From positions 9,978 to 73,977 of the forward strand of contig CAYVDS010000002.1 of the NCBI GenBank assembly GCA_964450145.1: 64,000 nucleotides of DNA, written 5' to 3'. This DNA is from an uncultured bacterium. Its GTDB lineage: Bacteria > Abyssobacteria > SURF-5. The position numbers were made by a program, and so were the translations under genes. The number at the start of each line of letters is the position of its first letter. The stretch's first letter is position 1. Positions 1 through 9,289 of this stretch are shown in pieces. The notes beneath the pieces were generated by a model, which ran no database searches, was not told where the DNA came from, and saw nothing but the letters and a program-made list of their open reading frames with translations.

Positions 1-1049
1 GGGATTTGGGGTATCCGCGCGATCAGGGCGAGCCCGAAAAGGATATGCGCGAGCGCCCCGAGCGTTTCAGACGCCGTCAGCCGACCAAAGCGCGACAATG
101 ACTCTTCGGGCCGACCGCTGAGCAATCCGCGGAGACCGAGTCGCAGAGCCGTCAGTTCGGTCTCATGTTCATCCTCGCCGTCATCGACGGCTTGTCGCTT
201 TCTCTCGCCTTCAAGCAACACGGCCGCGAGCAGCGGTGAAAGGCCTCCGGAGCCGGACTGAACCGAGAGGCCTGCGCCTTTACGCAGCTCCAGGGGGATT
301 CGGAAAAGGAATGCTTCTCTTAATTTCTCAGGAACGGCATTCAGCTCTTCGATCAAAGTCTCGGCGTGAGAGCCGGCGATTTTCGCTTTGATGAGCGGCA
401 TGAACGCGCCGAGCGCCCGGTCACCCTCGCGTATGTATCGAGCCGCCTCAGCCGCCGACGTGTTCCCGAGCATCCGCCGCACGAAGAGCTTCGCGTCTCC
501 TTTCACGATCTTCTGGATATATCCCCGGTACATAGACATCATCTCGAGCGAGTAGTCGAAGGGCAGCCCCGCCTCCTCTCGCTGCCGCATGAGCGAGATA
601 ATCTGGCAGTCGATGGCGTCGTATTCTTTGCCGCGAGGGCCAACCCGCGGATGAATGAGGCCGCAGGTCTCCATCAGGTCGATTTTCGTAAGCGGGTAGC
701 TCACGCGTTTCGCGAGGTCCTTCCGGTGGACGATTTCCGAGGGGGGCGAGGGGGCTGACACGTTCATCAAAGCCTCGCCTAACGCCACCTCCCCCTCGTG
801 CGAGGCCCCGCTTTCGATAATTCTCTTGATCACGACGAGGGGCAGAAACCGTTCCGTCCTCAGCCTTTTGATAAGACGCACCCGTTCGACACACCCGGCG
901 CCGTAGTAGGACATGGTTCGGCCTGTTTTGACCGGCCGAGGGAGGAGACCCTCGTTGAGGTAGTGTTTGATGGTTGGAATCGGAACGCCCGCGAGTTTCG
1001 CGAGCTGACTTATCTTGAGGCCTTCAGGTTTCGCGCGGTCTTGAGCCAT
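1..1049 (-). CDS. MerR-family transcriptional regulator with two tandem MerR-type HTH segments; C-terminus runs off the left edge
   Basis: Absent from the ORF track because there is no stop inside the window. I translated from the ATG at 1049-1047 and checked every in-frame triplet down to position 3; no stop was found. The N-terminus MAQDRAKPEGLKISQLAKLAGVPIPTIKHYLNEGLLPRPVKTGRTMSYY is a canonical MerR HTH. A second MerR-like segment (RKDLAKRVSYPLTKIDLMETCGLIHPRVGPRGKEY) follows. Track ORFs 366-758(+) and 448-894(-) are shadows of this CDS. Confidence 0.8.
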   Translation of the reverse strand, partial: MAQDRAKPEGLKISQLAKLAGVPIPTIKHYLNEGLLPRPVKTGRTMSYYGAGCVERVRLIKRLRTERFLPLVVIKRIIESGASHEGEVALGEALMNVSAPSPPSEIVHRKDLAKRVSYPLTKIDLMETCGLIHPRVGPRGKEYDAIDCQIISLMRQREEAGLPFDYSLEMMSMYRGYIQKIVKGDAKLFVRRMLGNTSAAEAARYIREGDRALGAFMPLIKAKIAGSHAETLIEELNAVPEKLREAFLFRIPLELRKGAGLSVQSGSGGLSPLLAAVLLEGERKRQAVDDGEDEHETELTALRLGLRGLLSGRPEESLSRFGRLTASETLGALAHILFGLALIARIPQI

Positions 1050-1073
1050 GCTCGGGGTATCTGCTCGGGTAAT

Positions 1074-1102
1074 CAAACTAGAAAGTTATACTGTCTAGTT
1101 TG
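1074..1102. promoter_or_regulatory. Candidate operator: perfect 9-bp inverted repeat CAAACTAGA-N11-TCTAGTTTG
   Basis: Read directly from the sequence. It lies 1-2 nt downstream of the predicted -10 of the MerR gene and so covers the expected transcription start. Confidence 0.5.
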
Positions 1103-1103
1103 T

Positions 1104-1132
1104 ATTCTATTCCGCACACCCCGGTTTGTCAA
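1104..1132 (-). promoter_or_regulatory. Sigma-70-type promoter of the MerR gene (TTGACA-N17-TAGAAT)
   Basis: The minus strand reads cTTGACAaaccggggtgtgcggaaTAGAATacaaac, about 55 nt upstream of the ATG at 1049. Confidence 0.55.
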
Positions 1133-1161
1133 GAAGAAAGTGTCGCGAGTCACGAGTGACG
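1133..1161. repeat. Heptad-periodic array (7-nt units), GTGACTC flavour
   Basis: The minus strand reads cgtcact cgtgact cgcgaca ctttctt and abuts the -35 hexamer. It has the same flavour and the same orientation relative to the downstream gene as the arrays at 9227 and 14106. Confidence 0.6.
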
Positions 1162-1342
1162 GGTAAAAGGCGGCATAAAATGCGACAAGAAAAGCAAAGA
1201 CATAAAGGGATTCGCTGGAGGCGGGTCGAGTGCTAAGAAGGACGATGGGCCGGCGCCAGCAGGCGTCCGGCCCACTTCTCACGATGAGTGCGCGCATGCG
1301 ATGGCGCGACCTCCGTCCCGCGTGCTGCCCTCGGTGCCTTGC

Positions 1343-1537
1343 CTAGTGATTCACGCTTTCCTCGGCCGCGCGGTCCAAGTCGAGAAAGTCCACGTTATCG
1401 GAGCGAAGTATTGCGAGGTTGACTTCTTCTACTCCCTCCTGAGTCAGTTTCCGCCTCGCGGCGTCGATCGACTCGGCGCGAACGATTCCCTCGTTTGTCT
1501 TGCCTTCCTTGAGGCCGATGTAGTAAAACTTCTTCAT
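1343..1537 (-). CDS. Small hypothetical protein (64 aa)
   Basis: Track ORF with GGAGG 11 nt upstream of the ATG. I recognise no family. Confidence 0.45.
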   Translation of the reverse strand: MKKFYYIGLKEGKTNEGIVRAESIDAARRKLTQEGVEEVNLAILRSDNVDFLDLDRAAEESVNH

Positions 1538-1848
1538 CTGTCCCGGCGCCTCCAGTTAGAACTTGCTGTTTGTTGTAAAGGCAACTCTTGTGCCAATCTT
1601 TGCCCAAATTGGAACTTCATTGATCACAATGAGTTATGAGAGACACCGGGAGCGAGCACAGTGCGTTTGACGCATATTCGTGCACCATTTTGGGAAGGGA
1701 TGTCTTAATTTTGGCCACGCGGTCGATTCAAGAATGAAGGATGACTAGGGTGCTCAACACAAGTATTGCGGGTATTGGCGATTGGTTCTTCGTAGGGGCG
1801 TCCCTACAAATACCGACAAAATCAACTTGAGACGATACCATGCGAGAT

Positions 1849-2832
1849 TTAGGGATTTGGATGGGTCAGCGCATATCCGGCGGAAGCAATGCCCTCGAGG
1901 TGCGTCACGGGTTTCCCGATCGTTCCCCCAAGTCGGAAAGTCACTTTGCCGCGGCTTGCGACGAGGGCCGCTGCGAGCTCGCGTCCCCCGTTGCCGGCCA
2001 GCCGCTCGTCGGTGATGGTGAAGTTCTCCTTGAAAACAACCGAGAACGAACCATCAAGCGGGCTGAGTTCGACGGGATCGGCAAGCTTGGCGACTCCCTG
2101 GCCGGAGATTTCATATCCCGTGCCGCCCGCACTGAACTCGTCGACGAATATGTTCCCGTCTCTTGCCGAAAGTTTTGCAGCAAATTCGACGCCGCGGTTC
2201 TCCGGGAGGGCTAATTTTCCGGTTGTGATCGGTGGGACGTAAACATCTCTTCCCATGACAACCGCCGTCCCGCTCAGGCTCGTCGGGTTCTTCGGATTCG
2301 CCACACCCTCGACGTCCGCATCAACGAAGCCTTGCGCCGTCACGGGCATCTGCAAGAACTCGCAAAGTCGGCTGACATCAAGCGTTCGCGCCCGCGCGTC
2401 GACCGCGATTGACGAAGGCGCGTTCAAAGCATCGCCTGCCGGCGCGTCTGCGCTTAGGGCCATCCACAGCGCTCCGCCGAAGAGTTCACCGTTCATCTCC
2501 GCGTTTACCTTCCCCCTGAAAAGCGGGAGGATAGATATCTTTCCGGAAATCCCGCTAATGGCGAGCTGGCGCGCTTGCCCGCGGATGAAGACGGGGAGAC
2601 TCAGATCGGTGAGTTCGAATGTGGATGGGAAGCGGGCCCTTATTTCACCGACGGTTGTTCCCGCGGGAGCGTTCTGCCTGAGCGCCTCGCCCATGAGTCT
2701 TGCAAGGCGCGAATACGGGCGGGCTATCAGGACAAAGAGCATCAGAAGGAGGAACCCCCCGGCGAGGAACAGCGCCACTCGTTTTGCCCTGCTCTTACGG
2801 CGTGTGGCGCCCGCTTTCTTTGGAGAGATCAT
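1849..2832 (-). CDS. N-terminally membrane-anchored, beta-rich exported protein (weak GspN/AsmA-like impression only)
   Basis: 327-aa ORF with a basic N-terminus followed by one TM helix (VALFLAGGFLLLMLFVLIA). Its start overlaps the stop of the upstream gene in an ATGA (2829-2832). Confidence 0.6.
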   Translation of the reverse strand: MISPKKAGATRRKSRAKRVALFLAGGFLLLMLFVLIARPYSRLARLMGEALRQNAPAGTTVGEIRARFPSTFELTDLSLPVFIRGQARQLAISGISGKISILPLFRGKVNAEMNGELFGGALWMALSADAPAGDALNAPSSIAVDARARTLDVSRLCEFLQMPVTAQGFVDADVEGVANPKNPTSLSGTAVVMGRDVYVPPITTGKLALPENRGVEFAAKLSARDGNIFVDEFSAGGTGYEISGQGVAKLADPVELSPLDGSFSVVFKENFTITDERLAGNGGRELAAALVASRGKVTFRLGGTIGKPVTHLEGIASAGYALTHPNP

Positions 2833-3350
2833 TGGAGAGAACGTTTGCCGTTCCGCCGGCGTTTCGTCCTGGCGGCGGCGTCAAGCGAGTCGAGCACTGT
2901 CTTGAGAATAAAAAACATGTAGCCCATATGTTTTTCGGCTATATTGCTGCGCCCGCCTTCCTCGAAGATAATGGATGTCAGATACTCGAGCATGTGCGGT
3001 TGAGAGAGAAAGTCAATCTCGGTCAGGCAGCCACCGGCGGCGTTCTGCGCCATCTCGACGAATCGTTCGATGAACAACCAATTCTGTTTAATTTGTTCGA
3101 GGATAGTGTCTGCCGAGACTCGATTCACCGTCGCGCCGCTGCCTTCGAATATTCGCCAGAGCAGATAGGCGAGATACAGTGTCAAGTCTTGGGCGGCCCC
3201 GGGGAGTTCGGAACTGAACGCGGAAACAAAAGAGGCAAGCAGAGGTTGTTCGCGGTTGAACCGCTCGGCCTCGACGGACATATCCCGCGTCGGTTGGGCG
3301 TCCAATTTCCTCGCGACTCTTTCGACTGTCGCCTTTGAGATCAGGTCCAT
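2829..3350 (-). CDS. Hypothetical cytoplasmic protein (173 aa from MDLISKATVERV)
   Basis: Track ORF 2829-3434. An internal ATG at 3350 is the more plausible start. It is translationally coupled to the downstream gene by a 4-nt overlap. Confidence 0.5.
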   Translation of the reverse strand: MDLISKATVERVARKLDAQPTRDMSVEAERFNREQPLLASFVSAFSSELPGAAQDLTLYLAYLLWRIFEGSGATVNRVSADTILEQIKQNWLFIERFVEMAQNAAGGCLTEIDFLSQPHMLEYLTSIIFEEGGRSNIAEKHMGYMFFILKTVLDSLDAAARTKRRRNGKRSLQ

Positions 3351-3549
3351 CCTTCTTCCTCTTGCTAATCCATCCCTAGGTCGCTCGATTATATAACCAC
3401 AATTCGAGAATTTCAACTCGAAAGTTTGCGGCAAAGAAACGACCCGACCACTGCCTTGAAATTGAGGAACACATATGCTAGGATTAGGCTAAATACGGAC
3501 GAAACCAATCGGTTTTCATGATTTCTTGGAAGGACAGGATTTTAACGTT

Positions 3550-3969
3550 ATGAGAATGACGAGAATATTGTGGATGGCTGTTCCCGTGGTTTTCTTGCTC
3601 GCTATCGTGGCGGCGCAGTGGGGCGCCAGGGTCAAACCCAAGCCAGAGGTCAAGGTCAGACAGATTGTTATAAAGGCTGACGCCACAAAACCCGAAGACA
3701 TCGAGCGCGCCCGCAAGAAGATCGAGGAGGCCTACGCCAAACTGAAACAGGGGGCAAATTTCAAAATGGTTGCCTCATTGCACTCTGAGGCGGACAGTGC
3801 GCGAACAGAAGGCGATCTGGGATGGATCGGCAAAGGCATCCTGCCCAAACGCCTCGAGGACATCGTTTTTTCGCTCCAGCCGGGACAATATAGCGAGATA
3901 GTGTCTGACATTGGCCCCGACACCCACATTTATCGCATCCTTTACGCCGAAGAACGCCGGCATTTTTAG
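3550..3969 (+). CDS. Parvulin-type peptidyl-prolyl cis-trans isomerase with N-terminal membrane anchor
   Basis: Rotamase motifs are present (EGDLGWIGKGILPKRLEDIVFSLQPGQYSEIV, HIYRI), with a TM helix ILWMAVPVVFLLAIVAA. AGGA lies 10 nt upstream of the ATG at 3550; the track ORF starts at a TTG at 3526. Confidence 0.8.
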   Translation: MRMTRILWMAVPVVFLLAIVAAQWGARVKPKPEVKVRQIVIKADATKPEDIERARKKIEEAYAKLKQGANFKMVASLHSEADSARTEGDLGWIGKGILPKRLEDIVFSLQPGQYSEIVSDIGPDTHIYRILYAEERRHF

Positions 3970-4026
3970 GCGATTTGAACTGCCGCCACTCCTAAAGGAA
4001 GGCGAAAGGGGAAAGCAAAAAGAAAG

Positions 4027-4118
4027 AGAGATTGCTTCGCTCCGCCCGCAACGACCAATGCCGATAAAGCTTTCCTTTTACGATTAATCACGCCAAAGGC
4101 GTGATCAGGCGCTCCTAA
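4027..4118 (-). repeat. Composite interspersed element R5, copy C (reverse orientation)
   Basis: The reverse complement reads CTTAGGAGCGCCTGATCACGCCtttGGCGTGATTAATCG...GGTCGTTGCGGGCGGAGCGAAGCAATCTC. It is homologous to the copies at 9287-9387 and 58065-58159. Confidence 0.7.
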
Positions 4119-4162
4119 GAAGCATGCGCTATGTGATTTCCGAGTCCACTACACAAAAATTG

Positions 4163-4191
4163 TTGCAATTTGCCTTTTGCCCTACTATAAT
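4163..4191 (+). promoter_or_regulatory. Sigma-70-type promoter (TTGCAA-N17-TATAAT) upstream of the sensor kinase genes
   Basis: Read directly: TTGCAAtttgccttttgccctacTATAAT, about 60-80 nt upstream of the first candidate start codons (4250/4271). Confidence 0.6.
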
Positions 4192-4249
4192 GAAAAGCTG
4201 AAGTCTGTCGGAGGGACTGGCACTTCCGCTCGTTGGGCTGCCTTTTTGG

Positions 4250-6319
4250 TTGCGAAAGGGACGGCGGCTGATGGGGTCTCGCGCAGGCGATTCCAATGAG
4301 TTGACGAAATTCCTGCGGGCACATAAGGAATCGGTTGTCACCGACTGGATTGCCAGTTTGCGGTCGGAGCCGGGACTGCGGAGAAAACTGTCCCGCCCGC
4401 CGGACCGCCAGAAGCAGGAAGAAACACTCCTCGCTATCTATGAATCTCTCCTCTCGCCTTTGCCAAAATCCCCTCGCGGCGGACGGACGCAAGGGGCTCG
4501 CCTCGCTAAGTCACAGAAGCAATGGCTCGACACTTTCTCGATTTACGAAATTCAGCGAGCGCAACTCTCTCTGCTCGATCTTCTGACTGCCGCCATACGC
4601 AAGCGCTATTCCCCTCATCCGAAGAAGGTCGAAAAACTCGTAAGTCTTCTGAACCAGCGAACACACAATCTGCTCCTGCACACGAGCGATGCCGATCTCA
4701 AACGCCGGCAGAAGGCCGCGGCGCGCTCCGAGGGCAAGTATGCGCGGCTGCTTGACATCGCCACCGACGCCGTCTTCCTGCTCAATCTCGACACAGGGCT
4801 ATTCGTGGAGGCGAACAAGGCTGCCTCTGAGCTCACGGGCTATTCCGAATCAGAACTGAAAAGAATGGGATTCAATTCGCTCGTCTCTGTGTTCGACTTG
4901 AATCTGGCCCTCGAACGAGCGGACACCGCTGCCGAGAAGGGCGCCCTTCGGTTCGATGACCTTGCGATTTATACGAAGAAGGGAGCGGCGGTGCCGGTCG
5001 ACATAAGCGCGACCGCCGTGATCGTTGAGGGCAGTAAGCATATCCTCGCTGTCATGCGGGACATAAAGGAACGCAAGGCGTTTGAGGATTCCATCAGGCA
5101 GAAGGCCGAGCGATTGCAGCTTGTGAACGAGATCGCTCAAGCGATCGGCTCGACCGGTTTGGATATCGAAGCGGTGCTTACCGCGATACTGGAAAGCGTC
5201 GCCCGGGTTATAAAGGTCGAAGCGGGTTCGATCCTGAAACTCGAAGATGGCGAGTTGACCTTCATGGCTGCCCTGGGCGAGAAAGCCGAGTACGTTAAAC
5301 CATTTCACCTTAAACCGGGTCAGGGCATTGCCGGTTGGGTCGCGGAGAGCGGAGAAGGGGTAATCGCGCGCAACGTTCATAATGACCCTCGTTATTATCC
5401 GGGGGTTGAACGGGCCACTGGCTTTGTATCCAAGTCGATTCTCGCCGTGCCTATGAAGGCTGGCGGCAAGACCGTGGGTGTGATCGAGCTCATAAATAAG
5501 ATCGGCGGCCAATTCCACAAGACCGACCTCGCGCTCATGAACACGATATCGCAATTTGCCGCGGTAGCCCTCGAGAATGCCCGCCTCTACTCGGAATCCG
5601 AGCGCGCCAAGGGGTATCTCTCTCAAATGTATTCTCCCGTGTCTTCGTCGCGACTCGCGGCGGTGGTGGCGCAGGAGATGAAGGACCCCTTGGGCATAAT
5701 CAAGAATTATGTGCGCATTCTCACTGACAGGCTTGCTTCGGCGGGTGACAGGCCTGAGGAGCTTGCCTTCGTCGCCGAGGAAATCGATCGCATCGCCGAT
5801 ATCACGGATCAGCTTCTGCACTTCTCCGAAGCGTATGAGGAGCAACTGAAGTCCACTCCCCTGAATCTCCTGATCGAAAATTCCGTCGAATCGATGCGGG
5901 AGAGGCTGGAGGCGAGCCGAATCGCGACAGAATTCAAAATGGAGGCCGCTCTCCCCCATGTGGCGGTGATACCTAACCAGATAAAGATGGTTTTCTCGAA
6001 CCTCATTCGGCTGGCCATCGCGGAGATGCCGGGGGGCGGCACGCTGACCGTGGCCACCCGCAAACGCGATTCCGCCGTCTGCATTGAATTCTCGAATACG
6101 GGCATTAAGCGCTCGAGTGCGGAAGCCGGCGAGTTGTTCCTGCCCAGTGCGGTCGCGAAGGGGCTCGTGCCAAAGGGGCTGGGGCTGTACATGGTTTACA
6201 ACATCGTCCAGAGCTATGGAGGCGACATCGAGGTCAAATCGCGCAGGGGTCGTGGAAGCACGTTTTGCATAACGATGCCGGTGAATATGGCCGTCAGGGC
6301 GGCTGGAGTTCTTCAATGA
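4250..6319 (+). CDS. PAS-GAF sensor histidine-kinase-like protein with degenerate catalytic motifs (pseudo-kinase)
   Basis: 689-aa ORF with PAS-like and GAF-like segments (GIAGWVAESGEGVIARNVHNDPRY) followed by DHp and HATPase_c. The H-box reads AQEMKDPL where the paralog has AHEINNPL. The N-box reads NLIRLA (paralog NLIKNA). The G1 box reads SNTGIK (paralog ADTGCG). The start is uncertain (TTG 4250 or ATG 4271). Confidence 0.9.
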   Translation: MRKGRRLMGSRAGDSNELTKFLRAHKESVVTDWIASLRSEPGLRRKLSRPPDRQKQEETLLAIYESLLSPLPKSPRGGRTQGARLAKSQKQWLDTFSIYEIQRAQLSLLDLLTAAIRKRYSPHPKKVEKLVSLLNQRTHNLLLHTSDADLKRRQKAAARSEGKYARLLDIATDAVFLLNLDTGLFVEANKAASELTGYSESELKRMGFNSLVSVFDLNLALERADTAAEKGALRFDDLAIYTKKGAAVPVDISATAVIVEGSKHILAVMRDIKERKAFEDSIRQKAERLQLVNEIAQAIGSTGLDIEAVLTAILESVARVIKVEAGSILKLEDGELTFMAALGEKAEYVKPFHLKPGQGIAGWVAESGEGVIARNVHNDPRYYPGVERATGFVSKSILAVPMKAGGKTVGVIELINKIGGQFHKTDLALMNTISQFAAVALENARLYSESERAKGYLSQMYSPVSSSRLAAVVAQEMKDPLGIIKNYVRILTDRLASAGDRPEELAFVAEEIDRIADITDQLLHFSEAYEEQLKSTPLNLLIENSVESMRERLEASRIATEFKMEAALPHVAVIPNQIKMVFSNLIRLAIAEMPGGGTLTVATRKRDSAVCIEFSNTGIKRSSAEAGELFLPSAVAKGLVPKGLGLYMVYNIVQSYGGDIEVKSRRGRGSTFCITMPVNMAVRAAGVLQ

Positions 6320-8331
6320 TTGACGCGGGACGACAGCCATTCCGTGCTTCCATCAGCCGCGGTCTCAGCAAGAAGTTCGTGCTGCCGCTCGTTGTGGGAG
6401 CAGCCGTGACGATTGCGTGGGGCGCGCTTTTCGGCTATTACCAAGCTTACAATATGAGGCGGGATAGTCTCGGGACTTCCACGGAGCACGCGGCCGAGAG
6501 CCTGTCGGCGCAAATCGACACGTCGCTCGAGGCGGCCTTGCAGTTGATGATGCAGTTCGCGTCCTCTTCACAGGTACGCGACGCCGTCGCTGAGCGAGAC
6601 AAGAAATATGCTTCGCTCTCGGACGCTGAGGTTTACGAACTGGCCCTTCAGGAGATGGCAATATCGAGAGCATCGAAACAACCGCAGGCTCTTCTTGATT
6701 CGCTAAAGGCAAGCCCGACCGCCGAAAAGCTGAAAGCATTCGCCTCCCTTAATCCGGGATTCGATGTGTTGGAGGTGGCCGACCGCGCCGGCGTCGTCAT
6801 GGCGGCCTTCGGTGAGGCGGAGCCACCGCACCCAAAGAGGGAAGAGTGGCGGCGCCTTGCCGAAATCATGGAACGGGGGAAAGCCGTGATCTCGGAGCCG
6901 GCTTTCACCGAGAGACCCGTCTCGGCCGTTGTCCGGATTCATGTGCCTATTATGTCGGCGGAACCAGCCAACTTCCTGGGCGAGTTGCACGCCGAATATA
7001 GTTTCGACCACATCATCTCCGGACTCGATTCGGCGAAGGAGGAACTGGCGGCGTTCTTGCTCTCAGATTCGAGCGAGCGGCGCCTTTATGTTCTCAGTCC
7101 GCCCGAAATCGCCGCGTCCAGGCCGGCGGATTTTCGGGAGAAGACCGGCAAAATGGCGCCCAAAGAACATGGCTGGTCAATGGTCGAACTTGATCGCCCC
7201 GGCGGAAACATTATCTTCGGCTTTGCGCCAATCGAACATTCCCTGGCGCTTCGTTCCGTCATCTATGAGGGCAAGGATTGGAGCGTCGCCGCAGGGGCGC
7301 CCGAAAGCCGGGTTACGGGCCCTCTGTATTCGCTTTTTATGGGGATAATCGGATTAAGCGCGCTGATGCTTGCCGTGGTCGCTCTCGGCGGTGTCGCACT
7401 GGCCCAGCGCACACTGAGGCCGATTCGTGTGCTTCAGGAAGGAGTGCAGGAGATCGGCCAGGGCAATCTGGAGCACCGTATCGACATCAGGAGCGGGGAC
7501 GAAATCGAGTCGCTCGCGCTCGAGTTCAATCGCATGGCCGACCGCATGCAGCGTACGCAAGAGCAGTTGCAGCGGCGCAGCAAGGAACTTGAACAGCGCG
7601 TCAACCAGTTGAGGCGATTGCAGGCGCAGCTTATGCAGTCGGAACGGATGGCGGCGACGGGCGAGCTCGCGGCGCAGATTGCGCATGAAATAAACAATCC
7701 CCTCGGCATCATCAAGAATTATGTCGGCAACGCGAAAATGCTCATGCGGGACGAAGACCCGAACCGCGAGAACATGAAAATCGTCGACCAGGAGATAAAC
7801 CGCATAGCCGGTATCGTGCGCCGACTCCTCAAATTTGCAAAGCCGGGCACCGAAGATATCCAGTCAGTCCAGATAAATCAGGTGCTCGAAGAGCTCCTTG
7901 CGCTTCTCCGGGGTCAGCTCTTCCGCAGGAAAATTGAGATTTCGACGGAACTGGCCGAGAATCTGCCCGAGGTCAGCGTCTCGATGGACCAGATGCGGCA
8001 GGTGTTCTTGAACCTGATAAAAAACGCCGAGGACGCTATGCCGGACGGCGGCAAGCTGAGCGTGCGAACCCGCTACAGAAAAGGGCGCGTCGAGATAGAC
8101 ATCGCCGATACCGGCTGCGGGATTCCCGCAGAGAATATAAAGAATATATTCGAGCCGTTCTTCACGACGAAGGGCGTGAAAGGCACGGGTCTCGGGCTCT
8201 CCGTGTCATATGGAATCGTGAAGAATTACAGCGGCGAGATAAGTGTCGACAGCGAGCCGGGCAAGGGCGCTACGTTCACCATTCAGCTTCCGGTGGTAAG
8301 CGAAAAGGTTTTCCAGGTAATTCATTCGTGA
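6316..8331 (+). CDS. Sensor histidine kinase with two TM helices, large periplasmic domain, HAMP, HisKA and HATPase_c (canonical motifs)
   Basis: HAMP is present (LRPIRVLQEGVQEIGQGNLEHRIDIRSGDEIESLALEFNRMADRM). The H-box is AHEINNPLGIIKNY, the N-box NLIKNAEDAM, G1 DTGCGI and G2 GTGLGLS. The ATG at 6316 overlaps the upstream stop (ATGA). Confidence 0.92.
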   Translation: MIDAGRQPFRASISRGLSKKFVLPLVVGAAVTIAWGALFGYYQAYNMRRDSLGTSTEHAAESLSAQIDTSLEAALQLMMQFASSSQVRDAVAERDKKYASLSDAEVYELALQEMAISRASKQPQALLDSLKASPTAEKLKAFASLNPGFDVLEVADRAGVVMAAFGEAEPPHPKREEWRRLAEIMERGKAVISEPAFTERPVSAVVRIHVPIMSAEPANFLGELHAEYSFDHIISGLDSAKEELAAFLLSDSSERRLYVLSPPEIAASRPADFREKTGKMAPKEHGWSMVELDRPGGNIIFGFAPIEHSLALRSVIYEGKDWSVAAGAPESRVTGPLYSLFMGIIGLSALMLAVVALGGVALAQRTLRPIRVLQEGVQEIGQGNLEHRIDIRSGDEIESLALEFNRMADRMQRTQEQLQRRSKELEQRVNQLRRLQAQLMQSERMAATGELAAQIAHEINNPLGIIKNYVGNAKMLMRDEDPNRENMKIVDQEINRIAGIVRRLLKFAKPGTEDIQSVQINQVLEELLALLRGQLFRRKIEISTELAENLPEVSVSMDQMRQVFLNLIKNAEDAMPDGGKLSVRTRYRKGRVEIDIADTGCGIPAENIKNIFEPFFTTKGVKGTGLGLSVSYGIVKNYSGEISVDSEPGKGATFTIQLPVVSEKVFQVIHS

Positions 8332-8447
8332 AGAATATGACATACGTTGTGAAACCCTTGTTTCTCCCAACTGTAAACCGTGAAACCCGTCTTCTAAGAC
8401 GGCAGGTTGTGGTTTCTCAGGAAGAACCAGCTTTCTTAAGTATTTAA

Positions 8448-8489
8448 TCAGGAACCAGGAACTCGGAACCTTGAACCATCTTTCTCAAA
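8448..8489. repeat. Heptad-periodic array, 6 units (tcaggaa ccaggaa ctcggaa ccttgaa ccatctt tctcaaa)
   Basis: Exact 7-nt phase read from the sequence. It runs straight into the SD GAGGAGG and the GTG start at 8503. Confidence 0.75.
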
Positions 8490-8502
8490 GAGGAGGCCGT
8501 TT

Positions 8503-9150
8503 GTGGCGGAGCGAAGCAAAATATTGGTAATAGACGATGAGAAGCGCATGTGCGACAGCATAAAAGTGCTGCTGTCGAACATCGGTTACGAGGTGGACAC
8601 CGCCGAGAACGGCCGCGTCGGAATCGAGAGGCTCAAGGCTCAGCAGTACGGCCTCGTCATCACCGACTTGATGATGCCGGAACTGGACGGCTTCGCCGTG
8701 ATGAAACACATAAAGGAACACTGCTCGAATACTCTTGTGATCGTCATCACCGGCTACGCATCGGTTGAATCAGCGGTGAGAGCCATACGCAGCGGCGCTT
8801 ACGACTACATTCTGAAGCCGTTCGACTTCGAGATCATCAAGATATCGGTCGAACGAGCGTGGGACAAACTCAAGCTCGAGAAGGAACTGGAAAAAACGCG
8901 CAAACTTGCCCAGGTGGCCGAGCGCGCGCTGGCGGTAAACGGCGAGATCAATAACCCGCTTTCGGTTGCCTCGGGCTTTGCACAACTTCTGCAGATGCGA
9001 ATCGAAAACAGCGGGGACGATGTGATGAAGCGACAGGTCGATTCGATCGTAAAAGCTTCCGAAAGCATTCACCAAATGTCCTCGCAGTTTCGCCGATTTG
9101 CGCGCACTCTGTTGAACGAAAACGCGGAACAGGATTTGGGAATGATATGA
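8503..9150 (+). CDS. Response-regulator receiver domain fused to a DHp (HisKA)-like helix pair that lacks the phospho-acceptor His and has no ATPase domain
   Basis: The REC motifs are intact (VIDDE, ITDLMMPELDG, ITGY, LKPF). The C-terminal part aligns to H-boxes but reads NGEINNPLSVASGFAQLL, with Gly in place of His. Confidence 0.88.
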   Translation: MAERSKILVIDDEKRMCDSIKVLLSNIGYEVDTAENGRVGIERLKAQQYGLVITDLMMPELDGFAVMKHIKEHCSNTLVIVITGYASVESAVRAIRSGAYDYILKPFDFEIIKISVERAWDKLKLEKELEKTRKLAQVAERALAVNGEINNPLSVASGFAQLLQMRIENSGDDVMKRQVDSIVKASESIHQMSSQFRRFARTLLNENAEQDLGMI

Positions 9151-9226
9151 AATAACGCGGACCGGCCCGCTTTCGCCGCATGACGCAAGATGCTCGGCTT
9201 TGTTGATATTTTGAAAGTGGAAACTC

Positions 9227-9289
9227 GTGACTCGCGACTCCGCGTGTATTTAACCAGAAACCAGCATCTCGAAACCAGAAACTGTTCCT
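9227..9289. repeat. Heptad-periodic array, 9 units (gtgactc gcgactc cgcgtgt atttaac cagaaac cagcatc tcgaaac cagaaac tgttcct); paralog of 14106-14175
   Basis: Read directly. It is roughly 88 percent identical by eye to the array that begins at the uvrA stop codon. Confidence 0.8.

Noticed and set aside
366-894. Track ORFs 366-758(+) and 448-894(-), 130 and 148 aa
   Set aside because: Both lie inside the open minus-strand MerR reading frame that runs from 1049 to the window edge. Their translations are Arg/Pro/Gly-rich with no recognisable motifs, so they are shadow ORFs.
4055-4068. GCCGATAA at about 4057-4064 as a further sigma-28 -10 box; also GCCGATAT on the minus strand near 57880
   Set aside because: Neither has a TAAA element 15-16 nt upstream. 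The first lies inside repeat R5 copy C.
4215-4235. TGGCAC (4218-4223) as a possible sigma-54 -24 element upstream of the kinase genes
   Set aside because: The -12 position reads CTCGT instead of TTGC(A/T), and a good sigma-70 promoter lies 30 nt upstream.
4850-6340. 496-aa antisense ORF opposite the PAS-GAF kinase-like gene
   Set aside because: The plus-strand frame carries clear PAS/GAF/HATPase motifs. The antisense translation is Arg/His/Gly-rich low complexity, which is typical of GC-rich shadow frames.
8380-8400. Hairpin CCGTCTTctAAGACGG after the second kinase gene as a terminator
   Set aside because: The loop is only 2 nt and there is no U-tract. It may still pause transcription, but the evidence is too weak to annotate.
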